64,000 nt of DNA from Pecten maximus (taxonomy: Eukaryota), in contig NC_047023.1 in NCBI RefSeq assembly GCF_902652985.1, positions 40,610,001 through 40,674,000 on the forward strand. Direction: 5' to 3'. Within the stretch, counting starts at the first letter, position 1. Each line of letters starts with the position of its first letter. Positions 40,190 through 52,200 of the stretch are shown piece after piece. The translations under genes were made by a program, and so were the position numbers. The notes beneath the pieces were generated by a model. That model was not told the DNA's origin. It did no database searches and worked only from the letters and a program-made list of their open reading frames with translations.

Positions 40190-41110
40190 ATTGTAGCAGG
40201 CTAGACACTACCTGAAACGGCGTTGGTGTTTCTGCTGATGGACTGTCGAGTCATCAGCTGGGTCCATCCGTCTCCAGACGTTTCATCCCCTAACCCGGAA
40301 CATCCTCGTGACGGCAGCCAGATAGCATAAGAGGATCAATCTTCTACCTAGCTACGACAATGTAGCTCTGGACGATTTTTGGTAATTGGTCGCCATTATG
40401 TAGACAGGGCATGGGCATCCGTTCTATCTTCTACCCACTATGGTCAGGTTTTCAGTTCGGCTGCCATGGCCATAATGTTGACTGCTCATCCTCCTCCAAC
40501 ATGACGCTACTTGGAAACCTTGTGCTCCTACTGCGACTGGGAGGTTCCACCTCTGCCATCCTATTTGTCTGCAATCACTCACCTGATCGTCATACTTTGA
40601 ATATCTGCGTTAAAATGGGCTTCCTGGCATCGAATCTTCAATGGAACTATCAGCTCTATCACCACCAGTTTCTTCTTGCTATCAGATATTTGTAGGATGT
40701 CTGGTCATTGGGCAGTCTCTAGACTATTGGTGGGGGTATAAGTTTCCTCCCTAGGTGAACTCGCTACACTCTGGCTATGCTCAGTGCAGTCGCTGCGCTG
40801 TATGGTGATTCCTATTGTTTGCTTCACTTCTGACCGAAGTTGCTGAAGCGTGGCTGGTCAGTGAGTGTCTGTGGTCCTTAATCCGCTCTAGATCTGTCTC
40901 GTGTATGGGCAAGTGCTTTTAGAACCTGGTCGTGGGCGTGTGTTGGAAATGGCTGGCTTCTGGCAAAGTAGGCATATATTACGTTCTATTCTTCATTACT
41001 CGGCCATATTTAAAGCACTTGCGGATGTCTTTTTTTTCAACCTAAGACATGACATATGAGCCAGGTAAAAGTTAATATCTTATGTGTCAAACTACTGGGC
41101 ATGCCCACTG
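40190..41110 (-). mobile_element. Degenerate RLE-type non-LTR retrotransposon 3' part (Hero/NeSL-like)
   Basis: Minus-strand peptides in the expected order: CLLCQKP (~40970), HDQVLKALAH (~40934-40905), HLGRKL, PDILQISDSKKKLVVIELIVP (40704-40642; PD..E nuclease motif), WNLPVAVGAQGF (~40549-40514), MAAE. Many stops and frameshifts. Clade assigned from recalled motif similarity. Confidence 0.75.
40245..40305 (-). ncRNA. Candidate permuted hammerhead-ribozyme-like motif in the retroelement 3' UTR
   Basis: GGAUG-UU-CCGGGUU-AGGGGAU-GAAA-CGUCU-(11 nt)-GACCCAG-CUGAUGA-CUCGAC. Stems I and III can pair; stem II is weak. Confidence 0.4.
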
Positions 41111-41651
41111 GAATTAATTTAGTAGTAAATAGGATCAAAATATACGAAGACTGCTCAAAAACTTTTCAGCAGATTTTAGCGGTGAGTTGGATATCGCTGA
41201 GAAAAATGTTGAAATTGGCGATTTCACTTTCAAAATCTTCTTCATATCCAAGTAGCTCTTGTGGTTTCAAATTAAATATGATGGCAACCACAAACGAGAA
41301 ACAAAACGTGCATAATTTCTCTACTCCAGAAAAGCAGTACAAGAAGTGTTTGACCTGCACTGCCCTCTGTCTCTGTGGATAGGTAAAGTCCATACGGCTA
41401 ATAGGTTAACTTAAAACCACATTTTTTGATGTACTGGTGATGAAATGTTGACGTTGCCTGGCATGGGGCGCAAACTTGGTTTGATTTCAACGTTGTTTAT
41501 TATTTTAGGGTGTTGACCATTAAATTCATATTTAAAGATGCTATTTGCATCTGTTGCTATCGTACAATTCATTGGTATTGCTGGAAGGTAAATTCCTGCT
41601 GGTGGACTGTAAGTCTCCAAAGGGTTGACTTTAACCTCTGGAGGAATGTAT

Positions 41652-43140
41652 GTCACCGAGGTTAACCGTTAAACCTATGGTGGGCTGTACGTCCCCGAGG
41701 TTAACTGTTACCCAAATGGTGGGCTGTACGTCCCCGAGGTTAACTGTTACCCAAATGGTGGACTGTACGTCCCCGAGGTTAACTGTTACCAAAATGGTGG
41801 ACTGTGCGTCCCCGAGGTTAACTGTTACCCTACTGGTGGACTGTACGTCCCCGAGGTTAACTGTTACCTAAAATGGTGGACTGTACGTCCCCGAGGTTAA
41901 CCGTTACCCTATAAGTGGACTGTACGTCCCCGAGGTTAACCGTTACCCTACAGGTGGACTGTACGTCCCCGAGGTTAACCGTTACCCTACAGGTTGACTG
42001 TACGTCCCCGAGGTTAACCGTTACCCTACAGGTGGACTGTACGTCCCCGAGGTTAACCGTTACCCTACTGGTGGACTGTACGTCCCCGAGGTTAACCGTT
42101 ACCCTACATGTGGACTGTACGTCCCCGGGGTTAACCGTTACCCTATAAGTGGACTGTACGTCCCCGAGGTTAACCGTTACCCTATAAGGTGGACTGTCCG
42201 TCCCCGAGGTTAACCGTTACCCTACAGGTTGACTGTACGTCCCCAAGGTTAACCGTTACCCTACTGCTGGCCTGTAATTCCCCGAGGTTTACCGTTACCC
42301 TACTGGTGGACTGTACGTCCCCGAGGTTAACCGTTACCCTATAGGTGGACTGTACGTCCCCGAGGTTAACCGTTACCCTATAGGTGGACTGTACGTCCCC
42401 GAGGTTAACCGTTACCCTACAGGTGGACTGTACGTCCCCGAGGTTAACCGTTACCCTACAGGTTGACTGTACGTCCCCGAGGTTAACCGCTACCCTACTG
42501 CTGACCTGTAATTCCCCGAGGTTAACCGTAACCCTACTGCTGGCCTGTTATTCCCCGAGGTTTATCGTTACCCTGCATGTGGACTGCAAGTCCCCGAGGT
42601 TAACCGTTACCCAACTGGTGGACTGTAAGTCCCCGAAGTTTGACGTTACCCTACTAGTGGAATGTAGGTCCCCAAGGTAAACCGTTACCCTATAGGTGGA
42701 CTGTACGTCCCCGAGGTTAACCGTTACCCTACAGGTGGAATGTACGTCCCCGATGTTAACCGTTACCCTACGGGTGGACTGTACGTCCCCGAGGTTAACC
42801 GTTACCCAACTGGTGGACTGTACGTCCCCGAGGTTAACCGTTACCCTATAAGTGGACTGTACGTCCCCGCTGTTAACCGTTACCCTACTGCTGGACTGTA
42901 CGTCCCCGAGGTTAACCGTTACCCAACTGGTGGACTGTACGTCCCCGATGTTAACCGTTACCCTACAGGTGGACTGTACGTCCCCGGGGTTAACCGTTAC
43001 CCTACAGGTGGACTGTACGTCCCCGATGTTAACCGTTACCCTACAGGTGGACTGTACGTCCCCGGGGTTAACCGTTACCCAACTGGTGGACTGTAAGTCC
43101 CCGAAGTTTGACGTTACCCTGCTGGTGGAATGTAGGTCCT
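41652..43140. repeat. 39-bp minisatellite, ~38 units
   Basis: Unit ggtggactgtacgtccccgaggttaaccgttaccctaca; a diagnostic variant block recurs at 468 bp (12 units). Confidence 0.95.
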
Positions 43141-43719
43141 CGATGTTCGACTTTACCGTATTGGTGGACTTTGAGTCCACTTGCTTGCTGCGTTTTAATC
43201 TTGCTGTGTATTGGCAAAGGTTCAGAATAGACACGTGTACTTCGTGTTCTGTATATGTTTAGAAGTAATTACAACAGTGTGGAGAATGGAAAATTTCAAA
43301 TTTTCGAGACACAAAGAATACAATCACATGATATATAAACCGTACTAGACAATACAATAAGAGACAGTAAGAGTAATATTATAGGTAGTAGTTGGAATGA
43401 AGCGAAGCGTCGGTCGAGGGAAAGATACTGGATGGTATACCAACCTACCAACCCGTTCGTTACCCTTGAGGTATGAACGAACGTTAAAGGCTTTGTTCTC
43501 CACGCGACCCCATGTTGGTATCTGACAAATCACTTAATTATTCAATTCGTTTAAATTTTCTCCTGAACTATTGGTTTTATGACATTGCTGCTATTCGATA
43601 CTCAAATTTGGTCGCCTCCCGTCGTCTTATTAAAGCAATAAGAATAAAACCTAATGATAAACCATTGGTGGCTTATGAAATAAGAACCAGTTAAGAAAAA
43701 AAAAAAATAGATTACATAG

Positions 43720-46020
43720 AATAGCCAAACAAACCAATAAAGTAAATGACTTGTATCAATTTAGAATGTTCCGAAATACACTGACTTTATTAGAAAACGC
43801 TAGAAAAGCTAGCGATACACATCTTATGAAACTTAAAAACTCTCTTGCAGATAAGACTTCAGTACCTATCTAGCTAGTAAGTGGTGGACTATTGCTTAGT
43901 CCTAATGTGGTCTTTCCAATAAAAATTAACTTCTCATCGTCTTCAAGTAAAGCAGAAGCTATTAATAATGTATTGATACGAACAATGTTCAGAATTCTAA
44001 CATGGAGCCATCTCCCCTTAGTCATATCAAACTTGGTGCAATTATAATATTAGATCAAGATATAATTGATCAAGTCTAGTTAATTAATGATAGTAAACCT
44101 CCTGTAAATAATTTTTTTAAATCTGCTATCGTCTATAATTTTACCTCTTAAAATTCTCTTTAACACAACCATTACTTCTGGTACTAATGCTACAACATGG
44201 AAGTCTTCTAATGTCAAAGCTCTATATAAAGGTACATGTAACGGTGCTATTGGTGATCTAGGTAATCATACATCAATTGGCATTACATCCATTTGAAGTA
44301 AAATTATTCAACCTAGATACTCTATACAGTCAATCAATTAATATCAATATATAATGTAACTATGGATAATATAGATAAAGGTAAGGATATAAGATTATTA
44401 TTTTGTGATATAAGATTATCATTTTGTGATATTAGTAAAGGTAAGGATATAAGATTAGCGTTTTGTGATACAGATGTATAAGATAAGTGTATTGTGATAT
44501 AAGTTAATAATATATAAGATTAGTGTTTTGTGATATAAATAAAGGTAAGAATATAAGATTGGTGTATTGTGATATAAGATTATTGTTTTGTGATATAAGA
44601 TTTGTGTTTTGTGATATAAGATTGGTGTTTTGTGATATAAGATTTGTGTTTTGTGATATAAGATTAGTGTTTTGTGATTTTAGATTAGTGTTTTGTGATA
44701 CATGTATAAGATTAGTGTTTTGTGATATAAGATTAGTGTTTTGTTATATAAATAAAGTCGTTGACAGAGTCTGGTATCATGGTCTTAAGATAAGTTTTTA
44801 AAAAAATACCGCATGTGTTGTAATTTGTACAAATGGTTTGAAAATTAGTTTACTGATAGAAAACAAATAGTTATAGTTGATGGTTATAATCTACATTTAA
44901 ACACATAAGTGCTGGATTTCTGGTACTCGGACCTTTTATAGTCTTACTTTTTATCAATGACATACATGTAATTAAGGAAATTAATACAAATATAAAAGTA
45001 TTTGCTGATGATACTTATCTCTATGTTAGAGTTGGTGATGATATTGCTTCTACTGTAAGTAAAAAATAGAGTTCACCCTCCCTTGTTTGTTGAAGATAAA
45101 GTAATTCAAGAAAAAAATATTTCATAAACATAAGGATGTATTTAACTCAAAAGCCACATGGGAGGATCATATTAATGATATTTACAATAAAGTATAAAAC
45201 GACAATCTTTTTATGATAAAGCACAAAGTTGAATGGACAACTCTTGTAATTAAACTGTTCATTTGTCAGAATTCAGATTTCATTTTGGACAACTGCACTA
45301 TTGCTGTATCTAAATCATTAGAACCTGTACAGGTTGATGCAATGTAAATTATTACTGGGTTTAGAAGTGGTATTTCACATTATAAACTGGACAAAGACAC
45401 GGATAAGGTAAAAAGGCGTCATAAGCAAAACCTAATTTTAATGCACAAAATTATGAATCACATGACCTGATTATTTGTTTGATATCATTGAATCATTAAT
45501 GAATTATTAGCAGAATATTCATAATTTGCGTCACCATAGAACATTTTTTCAATATACCAAGGACAAGAACCAGTATCTACAATACAAGTTTCTTTTTAAG
45601 TGCCATGCAGGAATGGAATAATCTTGATCATTCGCTGGGCAGTAGGTCTAAATTCCTTCAAAAAGAATCTTAATCAAACAATAGCTAATTCTAAGATACT
45701 GTTTCTGCTACTTTTAAAAACTATGCCCCTCGTAAAATATTATAAATATTAAATATTATCTTGTGCCAATTAAGAAATAATGCAAGTGACTTGAACTGTC
45801 ATGAATAAATAGATCATATTATCCCTACTCCAGTTGGGGCTGTGGTTCACTTATTGAAAATAATGGTCTTTACTTTGTTCTTGTCCTAATTTCTGTAGTT
45901 CTAGGAATATATTAATGAAATTCATGACCGTATCGGTTATTTTAATTCAATCCTGTTACCTTCAGGTGATAATACACTATCGAATAATCGTAATAAATTT
46001 ATCCTGACTAATTTGATTTT
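43720..46020 (+). mobile_element. Decayed CR1-group LINE ORF2 (reverse transcriptase, RT) relic
   Basis: Fragments WKSSNVKALYKG, IDKGKDIRL.FCDISK, VDRVWYHGL, FTDRKQIVIVDG, LLFINDI and IKVFADD (FADD at 45001-45012). Many frameshifts. Confidence 0.8.
44372..44755. repeat. 21-bp minisatellite expanded inside the LINE RT motif
   Basis: Unit gatataagattagtgttttgt, which reads DIRLVFC. Confidence 0.9.
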
Positions 46021-46222
46021 TTGACCAGCTCTAAAACCGAAATTTCTTCAAATTGAAAAAAATGACGCCAATGAATGGCATCAACCATCGGTTCATTGAG
46101 TTTAAATCCAGTATGACAGTCAGGTATGAACTTTTTACCAGGATAGCGACATTCTTAGTCATAACTACACGTGAGTATACAAGGTGTCCAATTTGCGTGG
46201 ACTATTCAAGGTTGGGCATTCG

Positions 46223-49200
46223 TTAATGGACCTCGTCAAATCTGGCACTATCCGCCCTGTAACTTTCCACGTGACGGTTCACGTGCACAATCTCCCATTT
46301 TTTCATCCATGGTCCTGGAACTGTCGTGTCGAATTCTTCCTCTTCCTCCTAGAAACCAGTCAATATACTGAATGATAATCGTTCAAATCCTCAAAAGAAA
46401 CAAAAACTATACTGATTCAGAAGAATTCAACAAAAACTATACTGATTCAGAAGAATTCAACAAAAACTATACTGATTCAGAAGAATTCAACAAAAACTAT
46501 ACTGATTCAGAAGAATTCAACAAAAACTATAACAGACTTGTTTCAGAATCAAACAAGAGTAATTTAACTCTTTATCGGCATAATAAAACAGGACTGTTTA
46601 TTTTGATATCTCGTTTTACTAATACATGTACAATTAAAGCGTTATTAGCGGTAATAATGGAAATCATCAAACAGCGTACATACAATACAGTTAAAAAGTT
46701 AAGAAATCTTCCAATAGACCGCCATATTCTTATTCTAACGACCAACCTTGCAGTTTACCCACCTCCACTGCCGCACTTCGAAATAGTTTGTGGCGGATGG
46801 TACTGTCGAATTTCTCCCACGATATCTGAAAGTTGGGATCTTTTGCCGTCCTCATGAGGACGCCGTCCTTCTTGCCGTAAAACCCGTTTGGTAAACTGGG
46901 TTTCTGCCAGCGCAGGTCAAAACTCCAGCGGATGTCGTTTGACAAATTCATCAGGCTACAAAGTCAGGTGTTGTAGGTATCATTACTATAGATCTAAATG
47001 GGATCTGTGTTTACGATGTGAAGTTTGAGAACTTGTTTAGTATCTCCAGAACAACTTGCCAAACTTAAATTCACACACAATTAATTGACTTGTAACAGGT
47101 ACTTTATGGTTCCGTACGTGCGTGTGTAGGTTATTGCATATAACTTACACAGTACACAGCATTTAAAAAAAAATGTGCCTAAAATTGAAGTACATGTATT
47201 GATTTTATCACACGAAGATACATTGTTATTTTGTTTACTGTGTCACAAACTTATTAAGCTAGTAACGCCAACAATATACAAAATGTACTTACATTGTAAG
47301 ATATGAGTATATTAAAATAATAGTCTTTAACTTTTGTTAAGGTTCTTGTTAATAATTAAAAGTACTTAAAACCGTTTTATTCTTTATCTTTGATACATAT
47401 ATTCTGTAAAGGTACACTTTTTTGCAATAGTCTTGTTTTACATTGTGTGTGTGTGTGTGTGTTTTCAATGGTAAATGTTTTTTTGTATGTCAATTTAATT
47501 ATCATTTGTTATAGTTCAATACTGTACTAAAATATAAGTTTGTCTATGCGCGGTTATGATATGGTTCAACCACAGTAGTTATCAGCGTTAGCAATGTCTT
47601 GGATTTTATTCGAGTATGGCAATATTTTTAGACCTACCTGCGATGAGGAATGATATTATTGAATAACAGCATCCCTCCATAAGGAACCTCGCAAGTGACA
47701 AAATCGGTGGCAGGGTTTGTACCTATAAATGGAAACTAAATTAATCACAGCGTGGTTTTGGTATATCTCTGGATCTGCAGCAAAGAGAGAATACTCTGTC
47801 CCAACTGTGAAAAAGGCGAGGTAAAGAGACGACGTTCTGTCATCACAATGAAGAAGGCGGGGTAAAGAGGCGACGTTCTGTCATCACAATGAAGAAGGCG
47901 GGGTAAAGAGGCGATGTTCTGTCACCACATTGAAGAAGGCGGGGTAAAGAGGCGATGTTCTGTCACCACATTGAAGAAGGCGGGGTAAAGAGGCGATGTT
48001 CTGTCACCACATTGAAGAAGGCGGGGTAAAGAGGCGATGTTCTGTCACCACAATGAAGAAGGCGGGGTAAAGAGGCGACGTTCTGTCATCACAGTGAAGA
48101 AGGCGGGGTAGAGAGACGATGTTCTGTCACCACAGTGAAAAAGGCGGGGTAAAGAGACGATGTTCTGTCACCACATTGAAGGCGGGGTAAAGAGGCGATG
48201 TTCTGTCACCACATTGAAGAAGGCGGGGTAAAGAGGCGATGTTCTGTCCCCACAGTGAAGAAGGCGGGGTAAAGAGGCGATGTTCTGTCACCACATTGAA
48301 GAAGGCGGGGTAAAGAGGCGATGTTCTGTCACCACAATGAAGAAGGCGGGGTAAAGAGGCGACGTTCTGTCATCACAGTGAAGAAGGCGGGGTAGAGAGA
48401 CGATGTTCTGTCACCACAGTGAAGAAGGCGGGGTAAAGAGACGATGTTCTGTCACCACATTGAAGAAGGCGGGGTAAAGAGGCGATGTTCTGTCACCACA
48501 TTGAAGAAGGCGGGGTAAAGAGGCGACGTTCTGTCATCACAGTGAAGAAGGCGGGGTAAAGAGGCGATGTTCTGTCACCACATTGAAGAAGGCGGGGTAA
48601 AGAGGCGATGTTCTGTCACCACAGTGAAGAAGGCGGGGTAGAGAGACGATGTTCTGTCACCACAGTGAAAAAGGCGGGGTAAAGAGACGATGTTCTGTCA
48701 CCACATTGAAGAAGGCGGGGTAAAGAGGCGATGTTCTGTCACCACATTGAAGAAGGCGGGGTAAAGAGACGATGTTCTGTCACCACATTGAAGAAGGCGG
48801 GGTAAAGAGGCGATGTTCTGTCCCCACATTGAAGAAGGCGGGGTAAAGAGGCGATGTTCTGTCACCACATTGAAGAAGGCGGGGTAAAGAGGCGATGTTC
48901 TGTCCCCACAGTGAAGAAGGCGGGGTAAAGAGGCGATGTTCTGTCACCACATTGAAGAAGGCGGGGTAAAGAGGCGATGTTCTGTCACCACAATGAAGAA
49001 GGCGGGGTAAAGAGGCGACGTTCTGTCATCACAGTGAAGAAGGCGGGTTAGAGAGACGATGTTCTGTCACCACAGTGAAAAAGGCGGGGTAAAGAGACGA
49101 TGTTCTGTCACCACATTGAAGAAGGCGGGGTAAAGAGGCGATGTTCTGTCACCACATTGAAGAAGGCGGGGTAAAGAGGCGATGTTCTGTCCCCACAGTG

Positions 49201-52200
49201 AAGAAGGCGGGGTAAAGAGGCGATGTTCTGTCACCACATTGAAGAAGGCGGGGTAAAGAGGCGATGTTCTGTCACCACAATGAAGAAGGCGGGGTAAAGA
49301 GGCGACGTTCTGTCATCACAGTGAAGAAGGCGGGGTAGAGAGACGATGTTCTGTCACCACAGTGAAAAAGGCGGGGTAAAGAGACGATGTTCTGTCACCA
49401 CATTGAAGAAGGCGGGGTAAAGAGGCGATGTTCTGTCACCACATTGAAGAAGGCGGGGTAAAGAGGCGACGTTCTGTCATCACAGTGAAGAAGGCGGGGT
49501 AAAGAGGCGATGTTCTGTCACCACATTGAAGAAGGCGGGGTAAAGAGGCGATGTTCTGTCACCACAGTGAAGAAGGCGGGGTAGAGAGACGATGTTCTGT
49601 CACCACAGTGAAAAAGGCGGGGTAAAGAGACGATGTTCTGTCACCACATTGAAGAAGGCGGGGTAAAGAGGCGATGTTCTGTCACCACATTGAAGAAGGC
49701 GGGGTAAAGAGACGATGTTCTGTCACCACATTGAAGAAGGCGGGGTAAAGAGGCGATGTTCTGTCCCCACATTGAAGAAGGCGGGGTAAAGAGGCGATGT
49801 TCTGTCACCACATTGAAGAAGGCGGGGTAAAGAGGCGATGTTCTGTCCCCACAGTGAAGAAGGCGGGGTAAAGAGGCGATGTTCTGTCACCACATTGAAG
49901 AAGGCGGGGTAAAGAGGCGATGTTCTGTCACCACAATGAAGAAGGCGGGGTAAAGAGGCGACGTTCTGTCATCACAGTGAAGAAGGCGGGTTAGAGAGAC
50001 GATGTTCTGTCACCACAGTGAAAAAGGCGGGGTAAAGAGACGATGTTCTGTCACCACATTGAAGAAGGCAGGGTAAAGAGGCGATGTTCTGTCACCACAT
50101 TGAAGAAGGCGGGGTAAAGAGGCGATGTTCTGTTACCACAGTGAAAAAGGCGGGGTAAAGAGACGATGTTCTGTCACCACATTGAAGAAGGCGGGGTAAA
50201 GAGGCGATGTTCTGTCACCACATTGAAGAAGGCGGGATAAAGAGACGATGTTCTGTCACCACATTGAAGAAGGCGGGGTAAAGAGGCGATGTCCTGTCCC
50301 CACATTGAAGAAGGCGGGGTAAAGAGGCGATGTTCTGTCACCACATTGAAGAAGGCGGGGTAAAGAGGCGATGTTCTGTCCCCACAGTGAAGAAGGCGGG
50401 GTAAAGAGGCGATGTTCTGTCACCACATTGAAGAAGGCGGGGTAAAGAGGCGATGTTCTGTCACCACATTGAAGAAGGCGGGGTAAAGAGGCGATGTTCT
50501 GTCACCACATTGAAGAAGGTGGGGTAAAGAGACGATGTTCTGTCACCACATTGAAGAAGGCGGGGTAAAGAGGCGATGTTCTGTCCCCACAGTGAAGAAG
50601 GCGGGGTAAAGAGACGATGTTCTGTCACCACATTGAAGAAGGCGGGGTAAAGAGGCGATGTTCTGTCACCACATTGAAGAAGGCGGGGTAAGGAGACGAT
50701 GTTTTGTCACCACATTGAAGAAGGCGGGGTAAAGAGGCGATGTTCTGTCCCCACAGTGAAGAAGGCGGGGTAAAGAGACGATGTTCTGTCACCACATTGA
50801 AGAAGGCGGGGTAAAGAGGCGATGTTCTGTCACCACAATGAAGAAGGCGGGGTAAAGAGACGATGTTCTGTCACCACATTGAAGAAGGCGGGGTAAAGAG
50901 GCGATGTTCTGTCCCCACAGTGAAGAAGGCGGGTAAAGAGACGATGTTCTGTCCCCACAGTGAAGAAGGCGGGGTAAAGAGACGATGTTCTGTCACCACA
51001 TTGAAGAAGGCGGGGTAGAGAGGCAATCTTCAGTCCCCACAGTGAAGAAGGTTGGTTAAGAGGTATAACAGAAAATGCTTACAAACAAGGCGGCGGACTT
51101 AATGTTTGAACTTTAGGGAGTATGAACCTTCTGATGACAAGAGTGTATGACAGAACAAGACAGATGTCAACAATTTCCATTCTCTATACTCATGGGGCAA
51201 CGTTCACCTTCGCTCTCTGTACCCCTGGAATATGCAAAATCGAAGACAAGTCGACCAACTGTCCGATTGGTTACTGGGGTGGGGTCTGACCTGTTTCTTT
51301 TGAAGTCTACAGAAGAACAAAAAGCGCAAATTCCAAAGTCAGTCAATTTAACATTTGGCTAACCTGATATTCGTTGGATTAAAAGAGTCTTTTTGTTTTA
51401 TCCTCAAGTATCATTCCATGTGAGCATACAGCAAAAGTAAGCATAACCTCTTGGATTTACAGGCTATGAAGACAGTGACTGGCCATCTGAGGGACAAGGT
51501 GTCAATACTCATTAAGAGACCGAGTTATCTACATCCTCATTCAACTACAGAATATTCATACCGGCCTTTTATATTCCTGATGATGATTGTTTGGGCAATG
51601 TAACCTGATATTCGGTCTGTATAAGCTACGAGCTTCTAGACCTAGGACTGAAAATAGTTATCGCGTGTGATGATGTTGACCTCAACAGGCACATTAGCCT
51701 AAGTGTTGTCCTGCTCAGAGACACATGAAACAACCAATCAGTGTTGTCCTGCTCAGAGACACTTGAAACAACCAATCAGCAGCTACTGCAGCATAAACTG
51801 ATCTAGATGCCAAATAAAGCAGAGACTAACGCTAACACAAGAAACATGGAGCCAGTTCTACATGCAATCATCTGGGAGAAGTTGATGTCATCCATCTCAG
51901 GTTTGACGTCGGCAAGAGCAGGGAATACGGTCAATTACTAGTAGTTATTTACTAAAATTTAGGAACCCTGGGACCACGATAACTTCTGATATTCCTGGTC
52001 AACGCCAGTACCTTAAACCCATGCTCAATCTCAGAGGTATACAACAATATATTTATCGGTCAAAAGGTATCCAAAAGAATCCTTCAAATACAAAAACATA
52101 AAGCGGATAATAAAGAGATGCATTATTGTTTATGTAGATCATCGTTATGCATAAAAACAATAATGTACATTTACTTTTGATATTAAAGGTTGTCGTGTTC

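Noticed and set aside
41160-41400. 75-aa minus-strand ORF vaguely like a trypsin/FAM111-type protease start
   Set aside because: No catalytic motifs could be recovered; the similarity is too weak.
46372-46857. 161-aa plus-strand ORF with NKNYTDSEEF repeats
   Set aside because: It is a 30-bp minisatellite plus the antisense of PhyH exon 8.
47808-51052. Many CACAGTG/CACAATG heptamers resembling RAG recombination signals or Transib ends
   Set aside because: No nonamer at 12- or 23-bp spacing on either strand; the heptamer is just a unit variant.
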